Virus record (IMG/VR): IMGVR_UViG_3300045988_117466
Coordinates: 68,519-132,518 of that record
DNA length: 64,000 nucleotides
Source of the DNA: a virus
Reading direction: 5' to 3' (one strand)
Shown: positions 31,195 to 41,513 of the stretch, in pieces
Layout of the letters: each line of letters starts with the position of its first letter
Position numbering within the stretch: position 1 is the first letter of the stretch
The notes under the pieces: generated by a model
Told to the model about the DNA's origin: nothing
The model's input: only the letters and a program-made list of their open reading frames with translations
The model's database searches: none
Position numbers and translations under genes: made by a program

Positions 31195-31728
31195 TTACGC
31201 ACTAACTTCTGTGTTTTTCATTACTTCAAGCATGACCATAGTTACACCAGATTTGATGTATGTATAACGAATTTTCGCTACAAATCCATAATCTGTAACA
31301 GCTGTTGCCTTAGCAATTTCCTGATATTTACGATCTTTTGCAACAACTAAGTTACCAACTGTAACTTTTTCTCCAGTAGCTTTTGTGATCAGATAATCAG
31401 AAATTCCATACATATCTCTTGGGACAAGAGTATAAGCACGAGCACCTTTACCTGCTTCGATCACATAGTTGTATTCAGCCTGTCCAACTGTTGTAGACTG
31501 ATCATAAATTAATGCTGGATTAGCAATTAAAACAACCTGACTACCTTTTGTAGGTGTAGCCACTTTGTATTCTTCATTCCCACTTGTTTCTACTGGATCA
31601 CCCAGAGCAACAATCATTCCGTTTTCCATAGCAGCAGCATCGTCAACTACAGAAAAAATGTGTCCACCACCGAGATAAGTAGCATTGATTTTACTTGTCT
31701 CGACAACACCGTATTTTGTATTTGCCAT
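31195..31728 (-). CDS. hypothetical head protein (decoration/auxiliary), 177 aa
   Basis: ATG at 31728 after AAGGAGGAAAA. Lies between the scaffold-like and capsid genes. Confidence 0.4.
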   Translation of the reverse strand: MANTKYGVVETSKINATYLGGGHIFSVVDDAAAMENGMIVALGDPVETSGNEEYKVATPTKGSQVVLIANPALIYDQSTTVGQAEYNYVIEAGKGARAYTLVPRDMYGISDYLITKATGEKVTVGNLVVAKDRKYQEIAKATAVTDYGFVAKIRYTYIKSGVTMVMLEVMKNTEVSA

Positions 31729-31796
31729 TAAATTTTCCTCCTTGTTTTTAGACATTAAAAAAAGACACCACATAGGCATCCTTTAAAATTCATGTA

Positions 31797-33332
31797 TTAT
31801 TTTTCGAAATCATCAAATAATGAACCATATGGTTTATTTGCTGTAGATTCAGGTGATTTTCCGCCAACGCTCATACCAAACTTATGTTTAGCAGGGTTTT
31901 TGTAAGCAAATTCACCACTGATAGCAGCTTTTCCAATGATTTTTAAACATTCGTTTTCTAATTCTCCAACAGAGAATTTTTCGATCTGTTCATATAGAGC
32001 AGAATATTCTTCAGAACCTTTTAATTTTTCTTGGAAAGAATCTAACATGGCTGTCTTTTCTTTCTTATCAGCCTCTTTCTTAAACTCTCTAAGAGTTTCT
32101 AATTCAGGTTCCATTGCTTCATAATCAGCAACCTTTGATGTTAATTCACCAATTTTAGCTGTATATTTTTCTTCAACTGTCTTTTCAGTTGCTTTTTCAG
32201 CTTCATATTTAGCTTTATCAATCTCAGGTTGTACAATATCAGCAAGAGAGAAGTCTTCAGCTGGTTCCTCAGAACCTTCGAAATCTACAATTGTATATTT
32301 CTTTCTTTTCTTAGAGTCAAAATCAATTTTAACTTCATCGCCTGCAACATCAAAGCTGAATCCAAATAATTTGTATCCATCTTCTCTGTCGTAAGCATAA
32401 ACTTCTCTGCTGTCTAGATCATAGTCCACTACAAAATATTTAGAATAGCTTCCCCAGTCAGTTTCAATTTTCTGATCAGCAAAAGCTTCACTCATAGCTT
32501 CTCCGAGATTACTAGACAGTAAGAATTCTTTTGTCTCTTTCATCTGTGTTAATTTTTCAGTCAGGGCTTTTTCGTCCATGTCTGCATATTCAAAATCAAG
32601 AGACTCTGGATCAAATCCAAAAGATTTGATAAGTTCTTTCTTATTCAAGTCATGTTCCTCCTTTTTCTTTGTGATTTCTGTGTTTTTCATTTCAAAACAG
32701 TACTGTTTAAAGTCTTCAAACATTTCATTCATTGATTCTTTGAAAGTATCTGCACTATATGTTTCTAAACATGCTGATTCAAAACATGGTGGAGCACTCT
32801 CTAACAATGTGAACGCCTGAAATTCAAAATCAGTAACATGACACACACCATCAACCATTTCATATGAATTAACACCAATCTCCATGGATTGATCTGTAAT
32901 GCCATTTTCTTTGATGTGGTCATAAACTGCCTGACGTTTCCACAGAAGGACCTCACAACAAAAATAAGTCTTCACACGGCCATCATCTTCAGTAACATTT
33001 TCCCAATACCACTGTGGAGATTCAGGAATTACACCTAATGGATCAGTCAGATTGTATTCTTTCAAAACCCCGTTCTTATCTTTTCTAAATGTCGAGTCGT
33101 GAGAACCAATCTTGTCTTCATCAATTGAATAATTTGCTACAAGAGGTACGTAAGCAAGAGAAGAAGTAGCTTTTTCAAATGATTTTGTACTAATATAGCT
33201 ACCATTTCTGTTTTTGCCCTCATAAGCAATGTGTAACATTCCTTTATCAAAAGTGCTATTTGCAGACACAATGTCCTCAATATAGGCACTGTATTTTAAA
33301 CTCATTTTTGTTTTTTGTTTGTTTTTAGCCAA
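31797..33332 (-). CDS. capsid scaffolding / maturation protein, putative
   Basis: 511-aa ORF after the portal. C-terminal half is an acidic coiled coil (EKATEKTVEEKYTAKIGELTSKVADYEAMEPELETLREFKKEADKKEK), typical of scaffolds. Confidence 0.45.
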   Translation of the reverse strand: MAKNKQKTKMSLKYSAYIEDIVSANSTFDKGMLHIAYEGKNRNGSYISTKSFEKATSSLAYVPLVANYSIDEDKIGSHDSTFRKDKNGVLKEYNLTDPLGVIPESPQWYWENVTEDDGRVKTYFCCEVLLWKRQAVYDHIKENGITDQSMEIGVNSYEMVDGVCHVTDFEFQAFTLLESAPPCFESACLETYSADTFKESMNEMFEDFKQYCFEMKNTEITKKKEEHDLNKKELIKSFGFDPESLDFEYADMDEKALTEKLTQMKETKEFLLSSNLGEAMSEAFADQKIETDWGSYSKYFVVDYDLDSREVYAYDREDGYKLFGFSFDVAGDEVKIDFDSKKRKKYTIVDFEGSEEPAEDFSLADIVQPEIDKAKYEAEKATEKTVEEKYTAKIGELTSKVADYEAMEPELETLREFKKEADKKEKTAMLDSFQEKLKGSEEYSALYEQIEKFSVGELENECLKIIGKAAISGEFAYKNPAKHKFGMSVGGKSPESTANKPYGSLFDDFEK

Positions 33333-33390
33333 ATTTCATCTTCACCGCCTTTCTTTTTGTTTTTTACAACTAAAAAAAGACCTCAGCGGT

Positions 33391-33588
33391 CTAGAATGTC
33401 ATTTTATTTGTGAAAACCATCTTCATACGGTCATCCAGCGAAAATTCCATATCTACGGCTTCCAATTTATTTTCAAAAATATAAACCGTATGATCTTTAC
33501 ATTTTTCAACTTTTAACAGCTTACATTTTTGTTCTAATTTTTCTTTTAGTTGCTCATCTATACAAAAGATGAATGGTTTATTCTCCAT
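33391..33588 (-). CDS. hypothetical protein, 65 aa
   Basis: ATG at 33588 after GAGAGGAGAA. Overlaps the portal stop by 11 nt and is followed by a terminator hairpin (AGACC..GGTCT plus U-run). Confidence 0.45.
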   Translation of the reverse strand: MENKPFIFCIDEQLKEKLEQKCKLLKVEKCKDHTVYIFENKLEAVDMEFSLDDRMKMVFTNKMTF

Positions 33589-35125
33589 TTTTATTCTCCT
33601 CTCTGGTTGCAATACCTTCCTCAGTCATATCATCAAGATTCTTTTCTTCAGCACCGCCTTTAGAGTCAGTTGTACCTGTATTAGATGTATAAGAAGAGTT
33701 AAGAGGCTTCCATAATTCATCTAATCCCAGTGCATTTTCCAAACCAGTATTCTGCATAACTTCATAAGGCGTATAACCCAAAGAAGTAGCAAGTTCCATT
33801 TTTACTGGAACACCTAAGGCAGCAGCATCTTTTCTCACGTTGATATAATCTTCTTGTGTGAAATATGTATATCTGTGGAACTTGATAATATAATTTTCAT
33901 CAATATTGTTTTTGATGTACATCTGAGCCCATCTCTCAATCTTAACTAAGAAATCTATGGCTACAGTTTCATCAACTTCTATAGAATGTTTCAATCCAAC
34001 AGATCCACCTTTGTCAGAATTGAATAACATTTCAGATACACCAACTTTGCTCATTAAATTAGATAAAGAATTAGCAAAGATATCGGTGTCAGACGTGTCA
34101 TTTGTTTTAAAAGGAACGACTTCAAGATCACATGGGCTGTAAGCAGTTGCAACCAAAGAAGGAACAGCTTCACTTAAAAGTCCATCCATAGCTTGTACAA
34201 GATCTAAATCAACAGCAAAATCATTGATTTCTTTTGTACCAGATAATAATGGGATTTTTTGAAGTAATAAGACACTTGCTTCCAACTCTGTCTTAGCTTT
34301 GATTAAATTTTCATAGTCTAAAAGATCAATCAAAGACACAAAGAGTGGAAGTAGATATGGAAGCGGAAGAAGTGGATCGTTTCCAGAAATGATACAAATA
34401 GAGGTTTCCATAGGAATTTGAAACCATTTGTAATCCTGACCATTACTTTTGTAAGCATTGTAGCCAGTGCTAAATATAGAATCCCACTCTTCAAGATAAA
34501 TACTATTATTTCCCTGATCAAAGAAGCTTGCATCAAAGTCAAATCCATAAACACCATTGTCTACCTGAGTAACTTTGCAGTATTTAGCTTCTAACTGGTA
34601 TAAAAAGCATTCATCATCTCCATTGTCATAAACAAATCCAAAATAAGCACCATCTCTAAGTGCTGCTGCAATAACACCGGGCATATCGGCTTTAAAATTA
34701 ATTCGTTGAACACCTTTCACAGCTTCTGTATAAGAAGTAATGAAATCAGTCTGTCCACTACTCAATAGGTCCTCTTTGGGGACTAGCTGATAGTTATATA
34801 ACAACATAGAAGAGTAGTATTCGATCAGTTTCCGATATGGCATACTTACTCTGTATAACCATTCAGAAACAGCTCTGATATTGTTAATGTTCGATTGTGG
34901 ATTCTGAATATATTGTTGTAGTTTTGCTTTTGTGTAACGAGTATAACTACGACTCGTTTCTTTATTAGCTTTTTGTAAAATTAAACTATTGACCTGGCTT
35001 TGACTGAAAGTAGAAGCAAAAGGTCTTGAATAATTTCCTGATTGCATTTGTGTAACTTTACGTTTTATGGGTTGATTCTTACGCACGGGTTTCCCAGTAT
35101 TTTGTTTTTTCGCCACATTATCCAA
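33578..35125 (-). CDS. portal protein
   Basis: 515-aa ORF immediately downstream of terL exon 2 (SD AGGAGGTGAAAG). Size and position typical of SPP1-type portals. Confidence 0.7.
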   Translation of the reverse strand: MDNVAKKQNTGKPVRKNQPIKRKVTQMQSGNYSRPFASTFSQSQVNSLILQKANKETSRSYTRYTKAKLQQYIQNPQSNINNIRAVSEWLYRVSMPYRKLIEYYSSMLLYNYQLVPKEDLLSSGQTDFITSYTEAVKGVQRINFKADMPGVIAAALRDGAYFGFVYDNGDDECFLYQLEAKYCKVTQVDNGVYGFDFDASFFDQGNNSIYLEEWDSIFSTGYNAYKSNGQDYKWFQIPMETSICIISGNDPLLPLPYLLPLFVSLIDLLDYENLIKAKTELEASVLLLQKIPLLSGTKEINDFAVDLDLVQAMDGLLSEAVPSLVATAYSPCDLEVVPFKTNDTSDTDIFANSLSNLMSKVGVSEMLFNSDKGGSVGLKHSIEVDETVAIDFLVKIERWAQMYIKNNIDENYIIKFHRYTYFTQEDYINVRKDAAALGVPVKMELATSLGYTPYEVMQNTGLENALGLDELWKPLNSSYTSNTGTTDSKGGAEEKNLDDMTEEGIATREENKNGE

Positions 35126-35138
35126 GTTCTTTCACCTC

Positions 35139-35272
35139 CTAGTATTGCTTCCAGTTAAATTTGGCCGGACGAATATTAATAAATTGTTGTGTATAATCAG
35201 TTTTCTTTGGTTTACGCTTAGTAATATGCTCACGTCTTCTCTGAGCTAACTCCCAAGCGAGCATGGCGATTA
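35139..35272 (-). CDS. terL: terminase large subunit, exon 2 (44 codons)
   Basis: Short frame with no start codon: (L)IAMLAWELAQRRREHITKRKPKKTDYTQQFINIRPAKFNWKQY*. It completes the HDDRALIAMLAW nuclease-domain end of TerL. Confidence 0.8.
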
Positions 35273-36518
35273 CATCGTTCTGTTACTTTTTTTGACCTGT
35301 ATATCAAACACTATATTTCCAAATAAAACCTCCTGATGTTTTACAATGACCAGAACAGCAATATTGAATATTTTCTTTTTTAATTCCAGTTTGCTTTTCA
35401 GCAATAAGGGCAGATTCGAACTGACGTAAGAAATCACCTTTTTTTGAATATTGCAAAACACTTTTCCGTTTTATTGAAGTGGTTTTAGAATGTTTAAAAT
35501 CAGTCAACAGATCTTCTTGATGATCGGAGACTGAGTATTTGTCTACATATCTAAAAATAAATCCTTTACAAGTTTTTCTTTTTTTGTTACATACGGAAGA
35601 AATTTGTCCACCAGTAGCATTAATGCTTTCCCCCGCTTCTGTGGCACTTTTATATATACCAAGTAGATTAAAATCTAAATCATATTTGACGACCATTTTT
35701 GGCATTTGAGATACTTTGAGATAAGAAAAGTCAAAATCAGGTGAGTTATAATCATTTTCATATACCCAAAAAAACCCACCAATAGTTTTTTGATAATTTT
35801 GGCGTTCACAACATGATCGTATCCCTCGAATGTACAATCCTAAAGTTTTACCAGCATGTGAACAGCTATCCCATTTATGTACTATTTGTAAATCTTTATC
35901 TAATTGCAATACAGATTTGGGATTTTGAATATGTCGCATTTTAAATATCTCATTTTCTGAATGCTCGTACCCAACGATCCCTTTGCCTCCAATACATTGA
36001 TTGTAAACATGATTTTTTGAGCTAAAAAATTTAATCCATTTTTGCTCTCTGTCATCAAGTGTTGCTACATCACAAGTTTCAACAGATTTAAACTCAAAAT
36101 TATCTTCACCATATTTATTCCAGTCTCTTTGAAGTAGACAATTATGATGGCGGTTATTGTTTAAATCTGACTTATGGTGACGCCATCTTTTGTTTAATTG
36201 GGAGGTTTGTCCAATATAATAAGTGTCATTAATTTTATTTTTTATGTAGTATATATTTCCATTCATTTTCCATTTACTTCTTGGTATCTATACAGGCGAA
36301 TAAGACGTTAATCTTATTTCTCATATTTCATTTGTTATAGTATGAGTCCAGACTATCGCATCTCCATATAATTGCCGATGGAGTTCTTTCACTTAGTCGT
36401 TGCAGCTGCACGGTTTTCCTGCTTGCTGTGGGTTATCCTCTACAGGACTTTCCCAAATTGATCAGAAAGAATTGAAAATACAGTTTATGGATTATGCTGT
36501 ATTTGCCCTATGCGATTA
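35273..36518 (-). mobile_element. group I intron in terL (1246 nt) carrying a GIY-YIG endonuclease
   Basis: Minus-strand P AATTTGGGAAAGTCC, R GCAACGACTAAG (36392-36403), S GCGATAGTCTGG (36348-36359). U at 36519 precedes the 5' splice site and G at 35273 is the last intron base. A 7-nt block TAATCGC is shared by the intron start and the exon-2 start. Confidence 0.85.
35304..36266 (-). CDS. GIY-YIG homing endonuclease with three intron-encoded-nuclease (IENR/NUMOD-like) repeats
   Basis: N-terminus IYYIKNKINDTYYIGQT...R...H...N...G..NFEF...E..WI (GIY-YIG). C-terminal repeats ...GGFFWVYE / KGFIFRYV / GGFIWKYS. Confidence 0.85.
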   Translation of the reverse strand: MNGNIYYIKNKINDTYYIGQTSQLNKRWRHHKSDLNNNRHHNCLLQRDWNKYGEDNFEFKSVETCDVATLDDREQKWIKFFSSKNHVYNQCIGGKGIVGYEHSENEIFKMRHIQNPKSVLQLDKDLQIVHKWDSCSHAGKTLGLYIRGIRSCCERQNYQKTIGGFFWVYENDYNSPDFDFSYLKVSQMPKMVVKYDLDFNLLGIYKSATEAGESINATGGQISSVCNKKRKTCKGFIFRYVDKYSVSDHQEDLLTDFKHSKTTSIKRKSVLQYSKKGDFLRQFESALIAEKQTGIKKENIQYCCSGHCKTSGGFIWKYSV

Positions 36519-38370
36519 AGGCTCTATCGTCATGCATTTTATTAGCTTTCTGGGGATCAAGATCAAATCTGTCCTTGCCAGAAGCCTGTTTGAATCGATA
36601 AATATTAACCAATTCAGTTTTTGCGTGATCAATTTGTTTCAAAGCAATCTCTTCATAAGTGGTTAACTTGTGAATTTGAGTATCAACAGTGATTTCTTTT
36701 TTGCTTAATATTTTTTCCTCGTCCTCGGATGGGAAATAATCACGCAGAGTACGATTACCATTTTTATCAATCTCATAAATTAAGTTGATGAATCCCTTTC
36801 CGTCATACTCATTCGGAAATTCAATCAGACCTAAATCCATCATTTGAATCAAAGATTCAAACATTTCAGACTTATATTTCAATGGGGACATCAGTTTTAC
36901 GATGTCTGGGATAGCATTAGGGAAGTTTCTAGCTTCCTCGGCAGAATATTCCTTATCAATCAATCCTCGATGCATTAATCCGTCTGAATCTTCCCAATCC
37001 TCCAGAAAGAAGTCAGTAATAGGTACGCCAGCTCCACCAGAACCTGCATCAACTAAAAATCTCTTGATATTTTGGTAATCAGCAACGCCATCACCGTTAT
37101 AATCTAATAGTAATTGTTTGATTGCTTTAATCTGATTTGGGGTATTCATAGGAGTTTTATTAGCTTTGAAATAATCTTGAAGACATACAAGATTGACAAT
37201 TTTCATTTTTAATCCCTGTGTAGGATCTTCATAAAGTTCTCCTATGGCAAGAGCAGAATTATCGTGTGATCTAGCAGGGTCATATGCAAAAACATACTTT
37301 CTGCGACCATCTGGATTCTTAAGAACTGGAATTCTGTTGTAAGAGTTCTTAATGATCCTTGCTCTTTTAATGATCTGACCATCTCCACCTTCATTTGTGA
37401 AGATGTTATAATATTCACGCAATGCGGCTTCCTTATCTGTTCGCATAGCACTGTCTACAGTACTTTGACTTAACAGAGGTTTAGGTAGTCCAATGCCTCT
37501 TTTTGTTGCTTTAATAATGACATCACAGCTAATATCAGCACAAAAATAGTTTTTATCTCCTGCATCCATTCGTAGGCTACATTCTCTGTACTTTTTATAA
37601 AAATACTGGTCAGTACGACCTGCAGAAGAGCAGTAGAGTAACTGATTTTCGAACATAGGTGGTTTCATAAGCATTTCAGAACCATCTCCATTTGTTCCTA
37701 ATGCAAAATCAGCGTTCTGAGTTGTAAATGGTTCAGAAGTATCAAATAATTCATCTGGACTGTTCATTGCTTCATCATATACATTGCAATTGCTACGCTT
37801 GGAGCGGTTGTTGTTATATGCACCGTTCAAAGTAAAAATCTGTGCATCATTGTACAATTGATGATGATATGAAGCAGGATTGTGAACAAATCCATCTTTA
37901 TTTGCATGAGATTTAATAATTTCACTTGCATAAACACTTGTAAGTGTTGTAAATGAAGGAACTTCATTCTTTGTGATCTTTTCAAGCTTTGAATACATTT
38001 CAATAGACTGTGATCCAACACCGCATAGAATATAAGCGGTGAAGTTTGGTACTAACAGCGATTTAGTCATCAAATAGATAGATGCCAATGCACTTTTACC
38101 ACCATTTCGACTCATAGCCCATACTGCAACCTTAGAAGTCCAAGTATTCATGAATATATAGGTCTGATAGTCCATTAATTCAACACCGAATATCTCTGAT
38201 GCGAATCTGGTAGGATTCCTTCGGCCCCATTGAATGAACTCAGCAGTCTCTTTGTATTGCTCATACTGACGATTTGTAATGTCATATAGACTAGGTTTTT
38301 TGAAGATTTGATAATTCTTTGGGAGATATACACCAGATTCGTGTAATTCGTATTTCTTACTTTCTCTCAA
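36519..38370 (-). CDS. terL: terminase large subunit, exon 1
   Basis: Walker A-like AMSRNGGKSALAS. Typical TerL length. C-terminal ...KMHDDRA then intron. Overlaps the upstream gene by 4 nt. Confidence 0.85.
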
Positions 38371-39545
38371 TAATCAATCACCTCACCATCTTCAGTCATG
38401 AGGCGCTTTTCAATTAGAAAATCTTTAAGATCTCTGTTTTCTACGAGAAGGATTCTTGCCCTTTCAAGAGCTTCATCACGTTCTCTACTATATTGTTCAA
38501 CTAACTCAACTTTAATATCTTTGATTTCTGATGCAATGTTCTCATCATAGCCAATCTGTTTATGACGAGCTTCTTCTGAAATCTCTGCAACCTGGCGCAT
38601 TCCTTCACAAGTACCAATATCAAAGGTGTTAATTTCTGCCTCTCGGAACCCAATATCTCGTAAATGCTTTTCTTTCCCGGACAGAGTGAATGCACCTTTG
38701 GATTTATTATTGTTATTTGTGATAGAAATACCATTTTCTTTAGCTAATGAGTTAATATTATTGACCAGTTTTGAAACTGTTTCAGATAAGTTTTTGACAA
38801 CAGCATTGTTCTGTACAGCAGTTGTAACATCAATCGTGTACGCATCAATAGCTGCGTTAAGATTTGTGATCTGAGCTTGTGACTTAACAATTTGGATTGC
38901 AGCAATCATCTTCATTGCATCATTTTTAGTTTCTTCATCCAAAAAGTTAACAAGCTGAGAGTAGAGTAGAGGCATGTCTTTTTCACTTGGGTATTCATCA
39001 AATGGATCATACCCAATGATTTTAATGACATCCTTCCTATTTTGTTCATATGCTTCTTTAAGAGCTTCAGCATCAGTATAAATGGATTCTGTTTTTACTT
39101 TGGATACATGAGTCATATCTTTAAAAATATCACTATCACGCCAACGCTTACCATGATACTGATTCAAACCAAGACTTGTTAGATAAACACCCCATATAGT
39201 TTTATTTTCTTTCTTTTTACCTCTTTCTGGAGGCTTGTTTGCACTGAATACAGCAGTTTCCCATAAATCTTCATAGAATGGCTTATCTAAATACTCTAAA
39301 GCATCTTGAACGCTTTCTCTTGTCTCTCCAAGAAATTCTCCAGCATCAGTTTTTCTACGAGCAACAGCAGTAGAACAATCTTTACAGATTCTTGTAATAC
39401 CTGTTAAAACTCTAGGATCTGAACTACTATAGAATTTTGTCTTTGGAAGATCTTTGTTGCAAAAAGGACAGCGAAATGTTTCTTCTTTTTGCGCTTGTAC
39501 CTTTTTAGCAGAGGATTGTGTACGGCGCATTGCAGTTTTCGCCAT
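38367..39545 (-). CDS. zinc-ribbon protein, possible terminase small subunit
   Basis: 392-aa ORF directly upstream of and overlapping terL. N-terminal CPFC...CKDC zinc ribbon. Position-based call. Confidence 0.35.
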   Translation of the reverse strand: MAKTAMRRTQSSAKKVQAQKEETFRCPFCNKDLPKTKFYSSSDPRVLTGITRICKDCSTAVARRKTDAGEFLGETRESVQDALEYLDKPFYEDLWETAVFSANKPPERGKKKENKTIWGVYLTSLGLNQYHGKRWRDSDIFKDMTHVSKVKTESIYTDAEALKEAYEQNRKDVIKIIGYDPFDEYPSEKDMPLLYSQLVNFLDEETKNDAMKMIAAIQIVKSQAQITNLNAAIDAYTIDVTTAVQNNAVVKNLSETVSKLVNNINSLAKENGISITNNNNKSKGAFTLSGKEKHLRDIGFREAEINTFDIGTCEGMRQVAEISEEARHKQIGYDENIASEIKDIKVELVEQYSRERDEALERARILLVENRDLKDFLIEKRLMTEDGEVIDY

Positions 39546-39554
39546 ATCTTACTC

Positions 39555-40757
39555 CTAACTTAAATATATTTTTTCAGAAGCGGTTCTACCCTTACCTTCT
39601 TCAAAGATCGTAAAGTAGGCAGCAGAATCGCTTGATTGTAAAATTTTCTCAGCGAATGGATCAACACCCATTACACTTGGAACATTAATAACTTCAGCAT
39701 GACGACCAACATCAGAGCTTTCTAGATGATGTATGTGACCTGCAACCAAGTAGTCTAACTTTACACCATAGAAGTTCTGAAATTTACCATACGCATCTTT
39801 AATGTTCTTTTTATCACCATGAAAAGCCAGAACATTGAAACCACAGATGTTTTCATAGATCAATCCAGTGGGATTCTCAATTACCTCAATGTTCGGGTTA
39901 TTCTCTAATAATATTTTTAACATTGCTCTTACTACGATACCAAGATTTTCATGACTGAAAGTACCCTTAGGCTGTCCAAGCATTCTCAATTCACTATGGT
40001 TACCATCAGTCATGTGGAATTTGATTCGTACGTATTGAGACAATTCATTTAACCAATTTGCAAGAAAATATCCATATCTTACAGAGCTATCAATAACTCC
40101 ATATCGCAATATGAATAATTGTCCAACTCTCAGAAGACCATCAATAAAGTCTCCAAGAGAGAAGATGTGTAGCTCTGATAGATTATGTTCATCAATCAGG
40201 CCAATTGTGTAGCTTAAAAGTTTATACATTCGATTTTCAAAGATTTCTGGATTATATGAATTGATAATCTCACCTGAAAGGCCTTTAATTTCAAATTCAA
40301 CACCATAGTGCTCATCTCCGAAGAACAAACAACCAGCTTCTCGATTATGAGTTACCGGCAATAAATCTGGAATTATAAAAGGTTCAAGATCTTTCATTGC
40401 CGATCCAATCTTTTCAAAGATCAGATCATCTCGACCAATCTCACGTTTCCATCTGTTTAATTCAAGTTTTTCTGTTTGAACCTGTGTCTTCAAAAGCTCT
40501 AACTCTCTAGTTTTAGCTTTCACGGCAATAAGTTCACTGCTCTGAGTCATATCAGAAAATACATTTTCATAATATTTCTGAGCGTTTTGATATTCTTTAC
40601 GATACTTAGACTCCCCATAGTTGTAACCAAGTTCTTTATTAAGATGTTTGGCTAATTCTTCCCAACTATTGCCTATAATACCGTTACTCTTCATGTCACA
40701 CAGTCTCCATATGTACTGTTTTTCGTTTTCGTTTTCCTGTCTGCTTAAATCTACCAA
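39555..40757 (-). CDS. calcineurin-like metallophosphoesterase
   Basis: Motifs LGDFIDG, DGNHSE, FHGD, VAGHIHH in canonical order. Extra N-terminal helical domain of about 130 aa. Confidence 0.75.
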   Translation of the reverse strand: MVDLSRQENENEKQYIWRLCDMKSNGIIGNSWEELAKHLNKELGYNYGESKYRKEYQNAQKYYENVFSDMTQSSELIAVKAKTRELELLKTQVQTEKLELNRWKREIGRDDLIFEKIGSAMKDLEPFIIPDLLPVTHNREAGCLFFGDEHYGVEFEIKGLSGEIINSYNPEIFENRMYKLLSYTIGLIDEHNLSELHIFSLGDFIDGLLRVGQLFILRYGVIDSSVRYGYFLANWLNELSQYVRIKFHMTDGNHSELRMLGQPKGTFSHENLGIVVRAMLKILLENNPNIEVIENPTGLIYENICGFNVLAFHGDKKNIKDAYGKFQNFYGVKLDYLVAGHIHHLESSDVGRHAEVINVPSVMGVDPFAEKILQSSDSAAYFTIFEEGKGRTASEKIYLS

Positions 40758-40763
40758 TGTGTC

Positions 40764-41174
40764 TTAACCCTCCCAATCTTCGTTTACCAGTTCCTTAAAT
40801 CTATCAGTGAATTTACCATATGGTTGTAGTTTTGCAGGAACTGTAATAGGTTCTCTGTTCCTTGGATCAACCAATTCCTTTTCAGGAATATACCGAGATC
40901 CCAGTACAATACCAGAAGCGAGAGAAATCTCAGTGTCTTCAGCATCATTAGTTTCTTTCATAATCTTCATAACACAATCAGGAATAGCATCTAACACGAT
41001 TTTACAATCACCCTTAGTGAAACCTGTTGCATCAGAAACCATTGAAACAAGATCACGTTGTTTGTGTTTAAAATAATCTCTTTTTTTCTTTTTCAATTTT
41101 CCAGCACCATCCTTTTTATCATTTCTCCGAGTTACAGTCCGTGCTTGCTGCTCATAAAGAGTCAGCGTACACAT
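40764..41174 (-). CDS. HU/IHF-family DNA-binding protein with basic N-terminal extension
   Basis: LVSMVSDATGFTKGDCKIVLDAIPDCVMKIM...GSRYIPEKELVDPRNREPITVPAKLQPYGKF fits the HU fold pattern (beta-arm R-N-P...P). Confidence 0.7.
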   Translation of the reverse strand: MCTLTLYEQQARTVTRRNDKKDGAGKLKKKKRDYFKHKQRDLVSMVSDATGFTKGDCKIVLDAIPDCVMKIMKETNDAEDTEISLASGIVLGSRYIPEKELVDPRNREPITVPAKLQPYGKFTDRFKELVNEDWEG

Positions 41175-41184
41175 TTGGACATAG

Positions 41185-41257
<73 letters not shown>

Positions 41258-41258
41258 A

Positions 41259-41294
41259 CAAAAAGAGTACATTGTAACTACCAACAATGTACTC
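41259..41294 (-). terminator. hairpin plus U-run immediately 5' of tRNA-Thr
   Basis: 10-bp stem GAGUACAUUG/CAAUGUACUC followed by UUUUU on the minus strand. Could be a terminator or an RNA-processing hairpin. Confidence 0.45.
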
Positions 41295-41441
41295 AAATTT
41301 AGAAAAGAGGTATAAATTATGATTCCTACAAGAAATCTTAATAGCTTTGTAAATCTTTCTGAGGTATGAAACAACAATAGAAAAGCGCAATAATCAAAAC
41401 TTCACAAGAAAGGAGATAATATGATTCCTCAGAAAGATTAA

Positions 41442-41513
41442 CAGGGATAACTGGATTTGAACCAGTGAATACAGCAGTCAAAGTGCTGTGCCTTACCGCT
41501 TGGCGATATCCCT
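41442..41513 (-). tRNA. tRNA-Gln: tRNA-Gln (anticodon UUG)
   Basis: Acceptor AGGGAUA/UAUCCCU, anticodon stem CAGCA/UGCUG with loop CUUUGAC, T-arm ACUGG-UUCAAAU-CCAGU; 72 nt. Confidence 0.85.

Noticed and set aside
35270-35461. 63-aa minus-strand ORF spanning the end of the GIY-YIG gene and the intron/exon-2 boundary
   Set aside because: It is an alternative frame overlapping the endonuclease gene. It has no SD, and the region is explained by the endonuclease gene, the 3' splice site and terL exon 2.
41300-41440. Two plus-strand mini-ORFs beginning ATGATTCCT (MIPTRNLNS..., MIPQKD) between tRNA-Thr and tRNA-Gln, considered as leader peptides
   Set aside because: They are on the strand opposite to all neighbouring genes and are very short. 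The shared 9-nt string could equally be a degenerate repeat in the minus-strand spacer. Not enough evidence to call them.
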